From positions 310,001 to 374,000 of the forward strand of contig NIVC01000303.1 of NCBI GenBank assembly GCA_002269645.1: 64,000 nt of DNA, in the 5' to 3' direction. The stretch's first letter is position 1, and each line of letters begins with the position of its first letter. This document shows positions 11,406 through 23,640 of the stretch, piece after piece. Source of the stretch: Macrostomum lignano (Eukaryota). The translations under genes were made by a program, and so were the position numbers. The notes beneath the pieces were generated by a model. The model made no database searches. It saw nothing but the letters and a program-made list of their open reading frames with translations, and was not told the origin of the DNA.

Positions 11406-14342
11406 TCAGTAAGACAGGAAGGGCAAAGTCATCGGCTGGGGATTCTGCAGATAGGAGATGACAACAGCGGAGATTGACAGCATAAATGAGCTGAGAATTT
11501 GTTTCGTATCCTCGCTAGAACGACTGTTAGCGAAGCTCACGAACGCGCAGAACACAGCCATCCAACTGGCCCACTTCACTTTCAGCATGAGGCCGCACAT
11601 GCTGAACACCATTCCTAGCAGGTTCATCGTGTCCGGGGTGGTGTCCGATGGCATGGAGTCAGCTGGCGGAGGCTGGAACCTGTTTTGGGTTTGTGAGAAT
11701 TGGGAGCGCAAGTTATGCAAATTTACAGTTGCATATTTTAATTGACTTCGCAAATGGAACACTGCGTTGAAGATTTTTAAAGGGGTGGGGTGCTTAATGA
11801 GGATGGGGTGCTTAATAAGGATGGGGTGAGGTGCTTAATGAGGATGGGTGAGGTGCTTAATGAGGATGGGGTGCTTAATGAGGATGGGGTGCTTAATGAG
11901 GATGGGATGCTTAATGAGGATGGGTGAGGTGCTTAATGAGGATGAGGTGAGGTGCTTAATGAGGATGAGGTGAGGTGCTTAATGAGGATGAGGTGCTTAA
12001 TAAGGATGGGGTGCTTAATGAGGATGAGGTGAGGTGCTTAATGAGGATGAGGTGAGGTGCTAAATGAGGATGAGGTGAGGTGCTTAATGAGGATGAGGTG
12101 CTTAATAAGGATGGGGTGCTTAATGAGGATGAGGTGAGGTGCTTAATGAGAATGAGGTGAGGTGCTTAATGAGGATGAGGTGAGGTCCTTTAATGAGGAT
12201 GAGGTGAGGTGCTTAATGAGGATGAGGTGAGGTGCTTAATGAGGATGAGGTGCTTAATGAGGATGAGGTGCTTAATGAGGATGAGGTGAGGTGCTTAATG
12301 AGGATGAGGTGACGTACTTAAAGAAAATGGGGTGAGGTGCTTAATGAGAATGAGGTGAGGTGCTTATTAAGGATGAGGTGAGGTGCTCAATGAGGATGTG
12401 GTGAGCTGCTTAATGAGGATGGGGTGAGGTGCTTAATGAGGATGAGGTGAGGTGCTTAATGAGGATGAGGTGAGGTGCTTAATGAGGATGAGGTGAGGTG
12501 CTCAATGAGGATGAGGTGAGCTGCTTATTGAGGATGTGGTGCTTAATGAAGATAGGGTGAGGTGTTATTTTATGTTGCACAAAGTGTGCCAGGGTGCACA
12601 CAACCCCCTGCCTCTAATAAAAAAGAGATGCTTAATATGCTTGATGAAGATGGAATGCTCAATGAGGATGAGTTGAGGTGCTTAATGAGGATGGGTATTT
12701 AATGAGGATGAGGAGTTTAAAGACTAAAGGGGGCTAAAGACTTTTTGGAAACAAGTATAAACACTAGGGATAATGGCTTTAATGGCAAAAGGGAATAAAA
12801 CAAAATAGAAATAAAGAAAATGTATTTTAAGACAAGCTTACAGTTATTTAAAACTAAAAAATATATAAGTCTAAATTACAGACTTTTGGATACAATAACA
12901 ACATAACTTGTTTATAAAAGTTGAATAGTAAATATTAAAAATGAATTTAAATGATCTTTTATACTAAAAGGAAAGTTGTTGGGCAGTAGTTTACTTTAAC
13001 AAATAACTTGAAAAATTGGAATTTTAAAAAATGAATTAAATATTTGGCATATTAAATCTCTGGAGGTTTTGCTTTTATATGATATCAAAATATATTCCAA
13101 TTGGACTGATTAATAATTAATAAAGGACCCTTTTAATAATTTAATGCATTATGCCACTTAGATAAAACAAGTTTTATTAAACTTGTTTTTTTCTAAGATT
13201 TATGTGAAAACACTTATTTTAAATTTAAGCAAAGTTTTCTTGCTTTTATAAGCTAAAAAATAATTTTATACATGTTGGAAATAAAAGATAGCCAAGCTAA
13301 TCCATGGATTTTTTAAGAAAGCACTATTTAATTTTTGGCACTAGTATACTGTAGTTAAAGACTAGTTATTGGTATATATTATAATTTTTTACCTTACAAA
13401 ATGTACAATTTTCTAATATGTATATATAGGCCTATGAAAAATAATTAGATTCATTGGATTACTTACTATTTTTACAATTTTGTAACAAAAGTAAACTTAG
13501 AATAGAATTTGCAACTAGACTTAGTGGCAGATCCAAGGATTTTTAAAGTAGGAGGGCAGTCCCAGGCGGATTGGTCCCACTTTTTGGGTTGGCTCAAAAT
13601 AAGCTCTAAATAAGCCAAAAATTGCAATATTCCTCCTTATAGGCCTATATAAGTTCAGCCATGGCAAAAGAATGTGACAGCCAACCCCACCCTTCTATGT
13701 ATCTGCCTTTGACTAGACTAGGCTTGTTAGATAAACTAAGTTGAATTTTTATTAAAACTAAGTTTCAAGTTAAATATTATAATTAATAAAAAACATCTTG
13801 AATATTATTAATATTAATTATATCAAAATAAGATAGATAGTTAATAACTAATTTGAAATATAACCAACAAGACAATAATAGCTCTGTATACAAGTCTACT
13901 ATGCTCTATATTATGTTGAGTGCGTGCTGGAATACATTCTAGAAGGTATTAATGCCGTCTTCTGGAATGTAGACTGTCTATTTAATGTGTATCTAAAATG
14001 AAACTTCTAATGGCCCTCATCAGCCAGCCATGGCCAAAAAAATTAGGCCATATACTTTTTGGTCTGTAACTATGCAAGGCAAATTTTTTAATACTGGGTT
14101 GCAGTACTTGTTATAGTATACCTTGCCCCCCCTCGAAAATTTTCTTGATCCGCCCCTGCTCTGCTGCCAATTTTTAAAATAGTTTTCTATGCAAACATGT
14201 CATACTTCTTTTTTCTGCTTCATATATGATAATATAATTGATCCACTTAGAAAGTTTATACCGATACCCGAAAGATACACAATATATTAGCAATTAATTA
14301 CCGGACTACTTTGTTAGGGCGACGTGGATCATTTGGATTCAT
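11406..14342 (-). CDS. WDR83OS: Asterix / PAT10 (PAT complex subunit for multipass membrane protein biogenesis), 104 aa
   Basis: Exon 1 14342-14302 (ATG AAT CCA AAT GAT CCA CGT CGC CCT AAC AAA GTA GTC CG|gtaatt) is too short for the ORF track. Exon 2 is 11679-11406 (aaacag|G). Phase 2 matches. The product [19 protein letters not shown]...[22 protein letters not shown]...[36 protein letters not shown] is near-identical to the Asterix family sequence. Confidence 0.96.
11783..12712. repeat. 18/23-bp minisatellite GTGCTTAATGAGGATG(GG/AG)(GTGAG), Asterix intron
   Basis: Directly visible; same family as 15975-16606 in inverted orientation. Confidence 0.95.
13522..13711. mobile_element. hAT-type MITE (about 190 bp) in the Asterix intron
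   Basis: 8-bp direct repeat ACTAGACT at 13514-13521 and 13712-13719. Imperfect TIRs: TAGTGGCAGATCC versus the reverse complement of the right end, CAAAGGCAGATAC. Confidence 0.65.
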
Positions 14343-15300
14343 AATTTCAAGTCAAATGGTGTCTCGGTGTCTGCCGTGCGTGAAGTAATATGAAATCAAG
14401 ATTTAACTCCGTTCAAACAAGCTAATTTTAGAGACCTATATAGTAACAAAGATTTTGGAATCTGTGCCACTCTTGAATTAATAAAGCACAATTTTCGATG
14501 GGTCGATCTGTCGATGGGATAGTAAAGTAAATTTCAGGAAAATGAAATATTCAACATTCAACGCCCTTGGATTAAATTCTTCCGCTCGCAACGTAAACAA
14601 ATTAGTTAGTAAAACAAAGTCTAAAAATTTATGGTAAAACATACGGCTTATATTGTAATTATGCTTTGTATATTTTTTTAAAACTCTAAGAATTTATTTT
14701 ATAAATTATATATTTCATTATTTTTTACTCCTTGCGTGGTGAAGTAGAGTTAATACGTAATCATATCTCTAAAAACTTAAAAAGACAAACGAAATTTTCA
14801 AACTAATGTAAAATTGATTGAAATCCTCAGTTGAAATCCTCATCCTCAGTTTTGAATCCAAATGAATAAAGATAGTGAAATATCTCTGAAATAGAATAGT
14901 CTGCGGAACTGAAGAAACACTTATTTATTTTGTATTTTAGAGGCTATTAGTATTGGCTGACTGGACGCGGACTAAAATTTAAAATACGTACACTTACACA
15001 TGCGTATCATATTTTCAATTTTATTTCACTTCCTTTAAGCGATGGTTCGTATTTCGAATTTTATTTTATTTTTTCTGCTAGAAATCGTAACTTTGCCTGA
15101 ATATTGCATTGCTTTGCCTCGTGACATGACTAATAAGAAAGAACAATACAAATTAATCATCACAAAGAAAGGTATACAGTGTAAATATACACGTAGAAAG
15201 TAATTAACTCTAACTCATTTTTTCCATGTAGCTCGTAAATTCTTCGTAGGTCGTTGTGAAAAAAAAGCCCGCACATCATATGATTCTTTACACTTCAATT

Positions 15301-16907
15301 TTACAGCCGCACCGACTGTTCCCCGACCGTGTAGCCAACAGAGGAATACCTTGACGCGAATCCCTCCGTAACTGAGGTAGAAGATGAGCAGTCAGATCGT
15401 CGGCAGCAGAAGGAGCGGCACAGAATTCGACCCACCACCCGTCGATAGGCCCGATTTGTCCTCAGCAGCACCAGCCAGTTAGTCGCCTGACTTAGCAGCA
15501 GAGCAACTTGTCCCACGTCGCCAATGTTAAACAGCATCCGCAGAAGGCGATCCTGACCTTCGCCAACGAACAGCACGATGTACAGCACATAGAACGCCGA
15601 GACGCAAACTGGCAGGGCGCAGATGAAAAACAACATCGACAGAGTCAGGACCGTCACCGACTGGCGGATCTCCTTCCGCGGAACGGCGCCTGACGTTGAG
15701 GACTGCAAGCTTCGACGATGGCGAAGGATTGATACAACACGGCGAAGTAGGATGCTGTTTAAGACCAGCAGGATCATAACCTGCGCGGGAGGATTAAGGA
15801 AAATAAATTAACTTTCCGCGTTCTTTGAGACTAATCTAATCTACACTGTACTTTTTGCTTTCGAGCAACATAATAAAGTAGATATGATTTTTTTATAGTG
15901 GCTCCATGTGTTGGTCACACTTCAGCACCCAATTCTCCTTCTTAAGCAACCTCATGCCCCTGAAGCATTCAATCCTTGCTAAGCACCCCATCCTCATTAA
16001 GCACCTCATCCTTATTTGAAATTTCATCCTCATTAAGCACCTCATCCTCATTAGGCACTTCCACTTCCATTCTTTCCATTCTCATTAAACACCTCATTCT
16101 CATTAAGCACAAAATCCTCATTAAGCACCCCATCCTCATTAAGCACCCCATCCTCATAAAGCACCTCACCCCATCCTCATTAAGCACCTCACCCCATCCT
16201 CATTAAGCACCCCATCCTCATAAAGCACCTCACCCCATCCTCATTAAGCACCTCACCCCATCCTCATTAAGCACCCATCCTCATAAAGCACCTCACCCCA
16301 TCCTCATTAAGCACCCCATCCTCATTAAGCACCTCACCCCATCCTCATTAAGCACCCCATCCTCATTAAGCACCTCACCCCATCCTCATTAAGCACCCCA
16401 TCCTCATTAAGCACCTCACCCCATCCTCATTAAGCACCCCATCCTCATTAAGCACCTCACCCCATCCTCATTAAGCACCCCATCCTCATTAAGCACCTCA
16501 CCCCATCCTCATTAAGCACCTCACCCCATCCTCATTAAGCACCCCATCCTCATTAAGCACCCCATCCTCATTAAGCACCCCATCCTCATTAAGCACCCCA
16601 TACTCATTCCGCTTAAGCGCCCCTGAGAATGGATCGCAGCTGCACAAATGCAGCTACCAAAAACATCGCCACAAGAACAGCAGTTACAAGAGCTCAAATA
16701 AATAGCAAATTAAAGGCCAAACGAACCTGCAGCATTGGTGGCTGGCTAATCAGAGCCGCATGCACGGTCATCCACATCTGCAGTCGCCTGCCAAAGTGCG
16801 GCACCGGCAAGCACGCAATTTTCCCTCCGCTGTCTGGCGCCGAATACCAGCCGTAGAGCGCTGGAAAAGGCGCGCACAGCGCCACAGATGCTGCGCCAAC
16901 GCCAAGA
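15301..16907 (-). CDS. Rhodopsin-like (class A) GPCR, TM4-TM7 and C-tail only; peptide-receptor-like; N-terminal exons not found
   Basis: Exons 16907-16727 (tag|T, donor CAG|gttcgt) and 15780-15301 (cgcgcag|GTT); the phase 0 junction joins. Peptides: LGVGAASVALCAPFP (TM4-like), WMTVHAALISQPPMLQVMILLVLNSILL (TM5), SVTVLTLSMLFFICALPVCV (TM6), VALLLSQATNWLVLLRTNRAYRR (TM7/helix 8). Confidence 0.65.
15975..16606. repeat. 18/23-bp minisatellite ATCCTCATTAAGCACC(TCA)CC, GPCR intron
   Basis: Reverse complement of the 11783-12712 unit. Confidence 0.95.
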
Positions 16908-16908
16908 C

Positions 16909-17538
16909 TATAGACACAAGACCATAGACACAAGACCATAGACACAAGACCATAGACACAAGACCATAGACACAAGACCATAGACACAAGACCATAGACA
17001 CAAGACCATGGACACAAGACCATACACACAAGACCATAGACACAAGACCATAGACACAAGACCATGGACACCAGACCATAGACACAAGACCATGGACACA
17101 AGACCATACACACAAGACCATAGACACAAGACCATAGACACAAGACCATGGACACCAGACCATATAGACACAAGACCATAGACACAAGACCATAGACACA
17201 AGACCATAGACACAAGACCATGGACACAAGACCATACACACAAGACCATAGACACAAGACCATAGAAACAAGACCATAGACACAAGACCATGGACACAAG
17301 ACCATAGACACAAGACCATAGACACAAGACCATATAGACACAAGACCATAGACACAAGACCATAGACACAAGACCATGGACACAAGACCATAGACACAAG
17401 ACCATAGACACAAGACCATAGACACAAGACCATGGACACAAGACCATACACACAAGACCATAGACACAAGGCCATAGACACAAGACCATAGACACAAGAC
17501 CATAGACACAAGACCTCAGACACAAGACCTCAGACACC
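16909..17538. repeat. 14-bp minisatellite CCATAGACACAAGA, about 45 copies
   Basis: Directly visible; abuts the GPCR acceptor. Confidence 0.95.
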
Positions 17539-18139
17539 ATGTCAACGTGAACTGGTCACCACAGCATTACCTGAGCGGTTAGAAATGTTGTACCAGCCAC
17601 CCCCAGACAGCCACCTCAATCCGCACTCCAACCCCTGGTCTCAGTGAGCAATGTGCGGTAACAATCTAGCCGAGATAAGGCTCCAATTAGCTAGCTCCAC
17701 CACCCCATCACCCCTCGCGCGCATCGTTTCGTCTCTAATTGGCTGGCCACATCTGCTCGGAAATGGAGCCAAATCTTTAGCGATAAAAGCTGCTGTAGGA
17801 ATCAGCACCGTCTGATTCTCATCTGATTCTCATCTGATTCTCGTCTGATTCTCGTCTGATTCTCATCGAACTCTTTGAACACATTGACTGCAAGGAGTGA
17901 TGATGATGCCAGCGCCACTGGAACAACACCAGGGAAGACGGAGGAAACAGCTGAAGCCGAGCAAAGCTGAAGTTACGGAGGGTGAGTCTTCTGAAACTGC
18001 TTGATTGCTTGCTTTGATGCTGGTTTTAAGCCCCCAGGAAATACTGAGTTGAACTATTGACCATTTATGGAAATTCAATTATAGTGGTTTTCGAGTTAGG
18101 TCAAAGGTCAGTGATCTCTTCGCCTCGCCTCGCCTCCCA

Positions 18140-19665
18140 TCTACTCTACTCTACTCTACTCTACTCTACTCTACTCTACTCTACTCTACTTTACCATACC
18201 TACTCTACTCTACTCTACTCTACTCTACTTTTCCATACCTACTCTACTCTACTCTACTCTACTCTACTTTTCCATACCTACTCTACTCTACTCTACTCTA
18301 CTCTACTTTTCCATACCTACTCTACTCTACTCTACTCTACTCTACTTTTCCATACCTACTCTACTCTACTCTACTCTACTCTACTCTACTCTACTCTACT
18401 CTACTCTACTCTACTTTTCCATACCTACTCTACTCTACTCTACTCTACTCTACTTTTCCATACCTACTCTACTCTACTCTACTCTACTCTACTCTACTCT
18501 ACTCTACTCTACTCTACTCTACATTACCATACTCTACTACTCTACTCTACTCTACTCTAAACTACTCTACTCTACTACTCTACTCTACTCTACTCTACTC
18601 TAATCTACTCTACACTACTACTCAACTCTACTCTACTCTACTCTACATTACCATACTCTACTACTCTACTCTACTCTACTCTAATCTAATCTACTCTACT
18701 ACTCTACTCTACTCTACTCTAAACTACTCTACTCTACTACTCTACTCTACTCTACTCTACTCTAATCTACTCTACTCTACTCTACTTTTCCATACCTACT
18801 CTACTCTACTCTACTCTACTCTACTCTACTCTATTCTACTCTACATTACCATACTCTACTACTCTACTCTACTCTACTCTAATCTACTCTACTCTACTAC
18901 TCTACTCTACTCTACTCTAAACTACTCTACTCTACTACTCTACTCTACTCTACATTACCATACTCTACTACTCTACTCTACTCTACTCTAATCTACTCTA
19001 CTCTACTACTCTACTCTACTCTACTCTAAACTACTCTACTCTACTACTCTACTCTACTCTACTCTACTCTACTCTAATCTACTCTACACTACTACTCAAC
19101 TCTACTCTACTCTACTCTACTTTACCATACTCTACTACTCTAATCTACTCTACTCTACTCTATTCTACTCTACTCTACATTACCATACTCTACTACTCTA
19201 CTCTACTCTACTCTAATCTACTCTACTCTACTACTCTACTCTACTCTACTCTAAACTACTCTACTCTACTACTCTACTCTACTCTACTCTACTCTGCTTT
19301 ACCATACTCTACTACTCTAATCTACTCTACTCTAGTCTACTCTACTCTACTACTCTACTCTACTCTACTCTAAACTACTCTACTCTACTACTCTACTCTA
19401 CTCTACTCTACTCTAATCTACTCTACACTACTACTCAACTCTACTCTACTCTGCTCTACTCTACTTTACCATACTCTACTACTCTAATCTACTCTACTCT
19501 AATCTACTCTACTCTACTAATCTACTCTACTCTACTCTAAACTACTCTACTCTAATCTACTCTACTCTACTACTCTACTCTACTCTACTCTACTCTACTC
19601 TACTCTACTACTCTACTCTACTCTAATGAAGTCTACTCTGCTTGCTCTACTCTACCATACTCTAC
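18140..19665. repeat. (CTACT)n pentanucleotide microsatellite with recurring variant units
   Basis: Directly visible. Confidence 0.97.
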
Positions 19666-20387
19666 TCTAATTTACGTACTGTACCATAGTTTACTTAGTC
19701 TACTCAGATGGGAGTGGAGTAGTGCCATACTCTACTCCACTCCCATCTGGTCTCAGTTTGGGGGTTAATAAAAACAGCTGTCTAACAGACTCCGTATTTT
19801 TTCATCTACACACCTGAAACTAATATTCTGTATTTAAACATCATCGCATTAGAGAATCTTAGCAAATAATATACCTTATTACATGCATTTATTTTATCGT
19901 CTTATACCAGCTCTTAGTCGTGCACAGAGCCCCAGGTGAGGGTTTGAAATATGATGGCAACATGTATCAATTGCACACAGGCTTAATAACATTTAGTAGC
20001 TTGAACTAATCTTAAATGTACAAGTAATGCTCTCTCCATCTTTTAAGGCCGTAGACATTAATTGTTGCTAAAAAAACCCCAACTACACAACACACGAGAT
20101 TGAGGCTGTGGCACAAGAGAATCTGGATACAAATTAACTCCTTGTTCAGCTCTACTAGCTTGCTACAAGCGAGAGCCTTTTTACCTTAGTCTTGCCCATG
20201 TTAAAAAGGCAGTATTTGCGCAGTTGGTGTCGCAAATCTATATTATTTAGTACTGTATTTGTAGTTGTTGCATAGAGATGATGTGGCCTATGCTCAATTT
20301 GCTGTGTACCTACATATTCTATAGAAGGAATTAGAATAATTCTAACTATAGAAGAATGACTTTGCTTTAGGTATTGGTAAAAAGTCT

Positions 20388-20871
20388 GAGATGGCCGCTA
20401 TGCTTAGAGACCAATGATGAGAGCTGCTAGCTAGATGAGGCATGAGATGGCCGCTATGCTTAGAGACCAATGATGAGAGCTGCTAGCTAGATGAGGCATG
20501 AGATGGCCGCTATGCTTAGAGACCAATGATGAGAGCTGATAGCTAGATGAGGCATGAGATGGCCGCTATGCTTAGAGACCAATGATGAGAGCTGATAGCT
20601 AGATGAGGCCTGAGATGGCCGCTATGCTTAGAGACCAATGATGAGAGCTGATAGCTAGATGAGGCATGAGATGGCCGCTATGCTTAGAGACCAATGATGA
20701 GAGCTGATAGCTAGATGAGGCCTGAGATGGCCGCTATGCTTAGAGACCAATGATGAGAGCTGATAGCTAGATGAGGCATGAGATGGCCGCTATGCTTAGA
20801 GACCAATGATGAGAGCTGATAGCTAGATGAGGCCTGAGATGGCCGCTATGCTTAGAGACCAATGATGAGAG
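20388..20871. repeat. 56-bp tandem repeat, about 8.6 near-identical copies
   Basis: GAGATGGCCGCTATGCTTAGAGACCAATGATGAGAGCTGATAGCTAGATGAGGCAT; period checked at 20401 and 20457. There are no spacers, so it is not CRISPR. Confidence 0.95.
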
Positions 20872-21473
20872 GTTCGCCCACACACAGTCTGAGTTGAGGA
20901 AAATGGTCCATCACAGTTAAAGATCAATTAAAATTCTACAAACTCTGCCCCCCCTCTCGACTGTATTAACAATGATTGATAGAGAGCTGACTTCAAAATT
21001 TAAACAAAACATTTCTGAGCACCCGCAACATGTGAAGCTGCTTCTGGATTAGATTTTCAGACCGGATCTTAAGATGCCTCCACATGTATATATCAGAAGA
21101 TAAACGTGAGATACAGGATGTAGGAACAAAATGGAGCGCGAGTCAACAGACTGACTGGACGAATGTTGACACTGGCAGATCCGGTGTTGCCTGAGCCTCT
21201 TATAAGCCTTGAAGAGAAGCAAACAAGTTTCCCCACACGCCGGAAGTAAGGAAGGAAGTAAAGACTTGACTGAAACTTTAATATCTTAATCTATTCGTCA
21301 CGCGCGGAGCTTTCAGAGACAGAAAGAGAAAGCCAAGTGTAGGGCACTGATTAACTAACTCAATTTGCACTCATTCCAAAATCCTTATTGCATTGTTTGA
21401 ACATGGGCAGCAAAACTGGCTGAAGCCAAGCAGACCAACGTATGAAGCAAAATTTGGAAGTTTGGGGGCCAAA

Positions 21474-22512
21474 GGGGCGCCAAGCACCAGGGGCGCCAAG
21501 CACCAGGGGCGCCAAGCACCAGGGGCGCCAAGCACCAGGGGCGCCAAGCACCAGGGGCGCCAAGCACCAGGGGCGCCAAGCACCAGGGGCGCCAAGCACC
21601 AGGGGCGCCAAGCACCAGGGGCGCCAAGCACCAGGGGCGCCAAGCACCAGGGGCGCCAAGCACCAGGGGCGCCAAGCACCAGGGGCGCCAAGCACCAGGG
21701 GCGCCAAGCACCAGGGGCGCCAAGCACCAGGGGCGCCAAGCACCAGGGGCGCCAAGCACCAGGGGCGCCAAGCACCAGGGGCGCCAAGCACCAGGGGCGC
21801 CAAGCACCAGGGGCGCCAAGCACCAGGGGCGCCAAGCACCAGGGGCGCCAAGCACCAGGGGCGCCAAGCACCAGGGGCGCCAAGCACCAGGGGCGCCAAG
21901 CACCAGGGGCGCCAAGCACCAGGGGCGCCAAGCACCAGGGGCGCCAAGCACCAGGGGCGCCAAGCACCAGGGGCGCCAAGCACCAGGGGCGCCAAGCACC
22001 AGGGGCGCCAAGCACCAGGGGCGCCAAGCACCAGGGGCGCCAAGCACCAGGGGCGCCAAGCACCAGGGGCGCCAAGCACCAGGGGCGCCAAGCACCAGGG
22101 GCGCCAAGCACCAGGGGCGCCAAGCACCAGGGGCGCCAAGCACCAGGGGCGCCAAGCACCAGGGGCGCCAAGCACCAGGGGCGCCAAGCACCAGGGGCGT
22201 CAAGCACCAGGGGCGCCAAGCACCAGGGGCGCCAAGCACCAGGGGCGCCAAGCACCAGGGGCGCCAAGCACCAGGGGCGCCAAGCACCAGGGGCGCCAAG
22301 CACCAGGGGCGCCAAGCACCAGGGGCACCAAGCACCAGGGGCGTCAAGCACCAGGGGCGCCAAGCACCAGGGGCGCCAAGCACCAGGGGCGCCAAGCACC
22401 AGGGGCGCCAAGCACCAGGGCGCCAAGCACCAGGGGCGCCAAGCACCAGGGGCGTCAAGCACCAGGGGCGCCAAGCACCAGGGGCGCCAAGCACCAGGGG
22501 CGCCAAGCACCA
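21474..22512. repeat. 16-bp GC-rich minisatellite CACCAGGGGCGCCAAG, about 65 copies
   Basis: Directly visible and highly homogeneous; source of the 275-387-aa periodic ORFs. Confidence 0.97.
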
Positions 22513-23029
22513 AATTGATAACAGACAACTTTAAAGCCTCACAGCATTTCAGTTAAAAGCCCCTTGGCTCCGGAGAAATTTGCTGAGATGAGATGGTTAA
22601 CTTCTTTGTTTGATCTTGCCGAACTCTTATTTATCGAAATCTCTGTGAAGGCCGCATGGCATACAGTATGCTGGAACAAAGGCCAGTCACGAAGACCAAA
22701 GTTTGAGGATTCCAAGCATTCTTCCGGTTGGTGACTAATACAATCAGGCATCGGAGTTTTCGCATTAAAAATTCAGGGATTTTAATTTCGATGGCTCGTC
22801 TTACCTATGAGCGTTTACCTCTTTTCTCTCTCTCACTCTCCGCTCTCTCTGTTTCTATATGAACAAGCAAGGCATTATGGGGTGCAAAAGTAAAAGCAGA
22901 GAAAGGGGGTGCAGAGGCGAGAGACAAGTTAGTGCATTTATTCAATAAATAAGTAAAATCATTTAACTTTTTTTCATTCTGCACTTCAAGTGAAACAAAT
23001 GGGAAGGCTATTTAACCAGGTCAAACCAG

Positions 23030-23640
23030 TAAGGGAGGAAAGGAATTGCAGAGGGAGATGGAGAGGGGGAGAGGAGAGAGAGGAAGATTGAGAGGGGAGA
23101 AGAGAGAGAGGAAGATGGAGAGGGGGAGAAGAGAGAGAGGAAGATGGAGAGGGGAGAGGAGAGAGAGGAAGATGGAGAGGGGAGAGAAGAGAGAGGAAGA
23201 TGGAGAGGGGAGAGGAGAGAGAGGAAGATGGAGAGGGGGAGAGAAGAGAGAGGAAGATGGAGAGGGGGAGAGGAGAGCGAGGAAGATGTAGAGGGGGAGA
23301 GGAGAGAGAGGAAGATGGAGAGGGGGAGAGAAGAGAGAGGAAGATGGAGAGGGGGAGAGGAGAGAGAGGAAGATGGAGAGAAAGGGAGGGGGAAATGGAG
23401 AGAGACGAAGAGAGAGAGAGAGAGAGAGAGGGAGGGAGATGGAGAGAAAGGGAGGGGAAATGGAGAGAGACGAAGAGAGAGAGAGAGAGAGGGAGGGAGA
23501 TGGAGAGAAAGGGAGGGGGAAATGGAGAGAGACGAAGAGAGAGAAAGAGAGAGGGAGGGAGAGGGAGAGAGAGAGAGAGGGAGAGGGAGAGAGAGATGGA
23601 GAGGGAGAGGGAGAGAGGGACAGGGAGAGGTAGAGGTAGA
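23030..23640. repeat. Purine-rich (GA) tract with an approximately 29-bp unit
   Basis: Almost pure A/G on the plus strand. Confidence 0.9.

Noticed and set aside
14120-14158. Isolated TIR-like end (reverse complement CAGGGGCGGATCAAG)
   Set aside because: No partner end or TSD found; at most a MITE fragment.
17860-17985. Plus-strand peptide SSNSLNTLTARSDDDASATG...EQS* followed by a GTGAGT
   Set aside because: No start, acceptor or homology; upstream is a 5-copy 11-bp repeat containing stop codons.
20388-20871. CRISPR-like regular repeat
   Set aside because: The units are head-to-tail with no unique spacers, there are no cas genes, and the context is eukaryotic.
22539-22751. 70-aa minus-strand ORF next to the 16-bp array
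   Set aside because: No recognisable domain or supporting splice structure.
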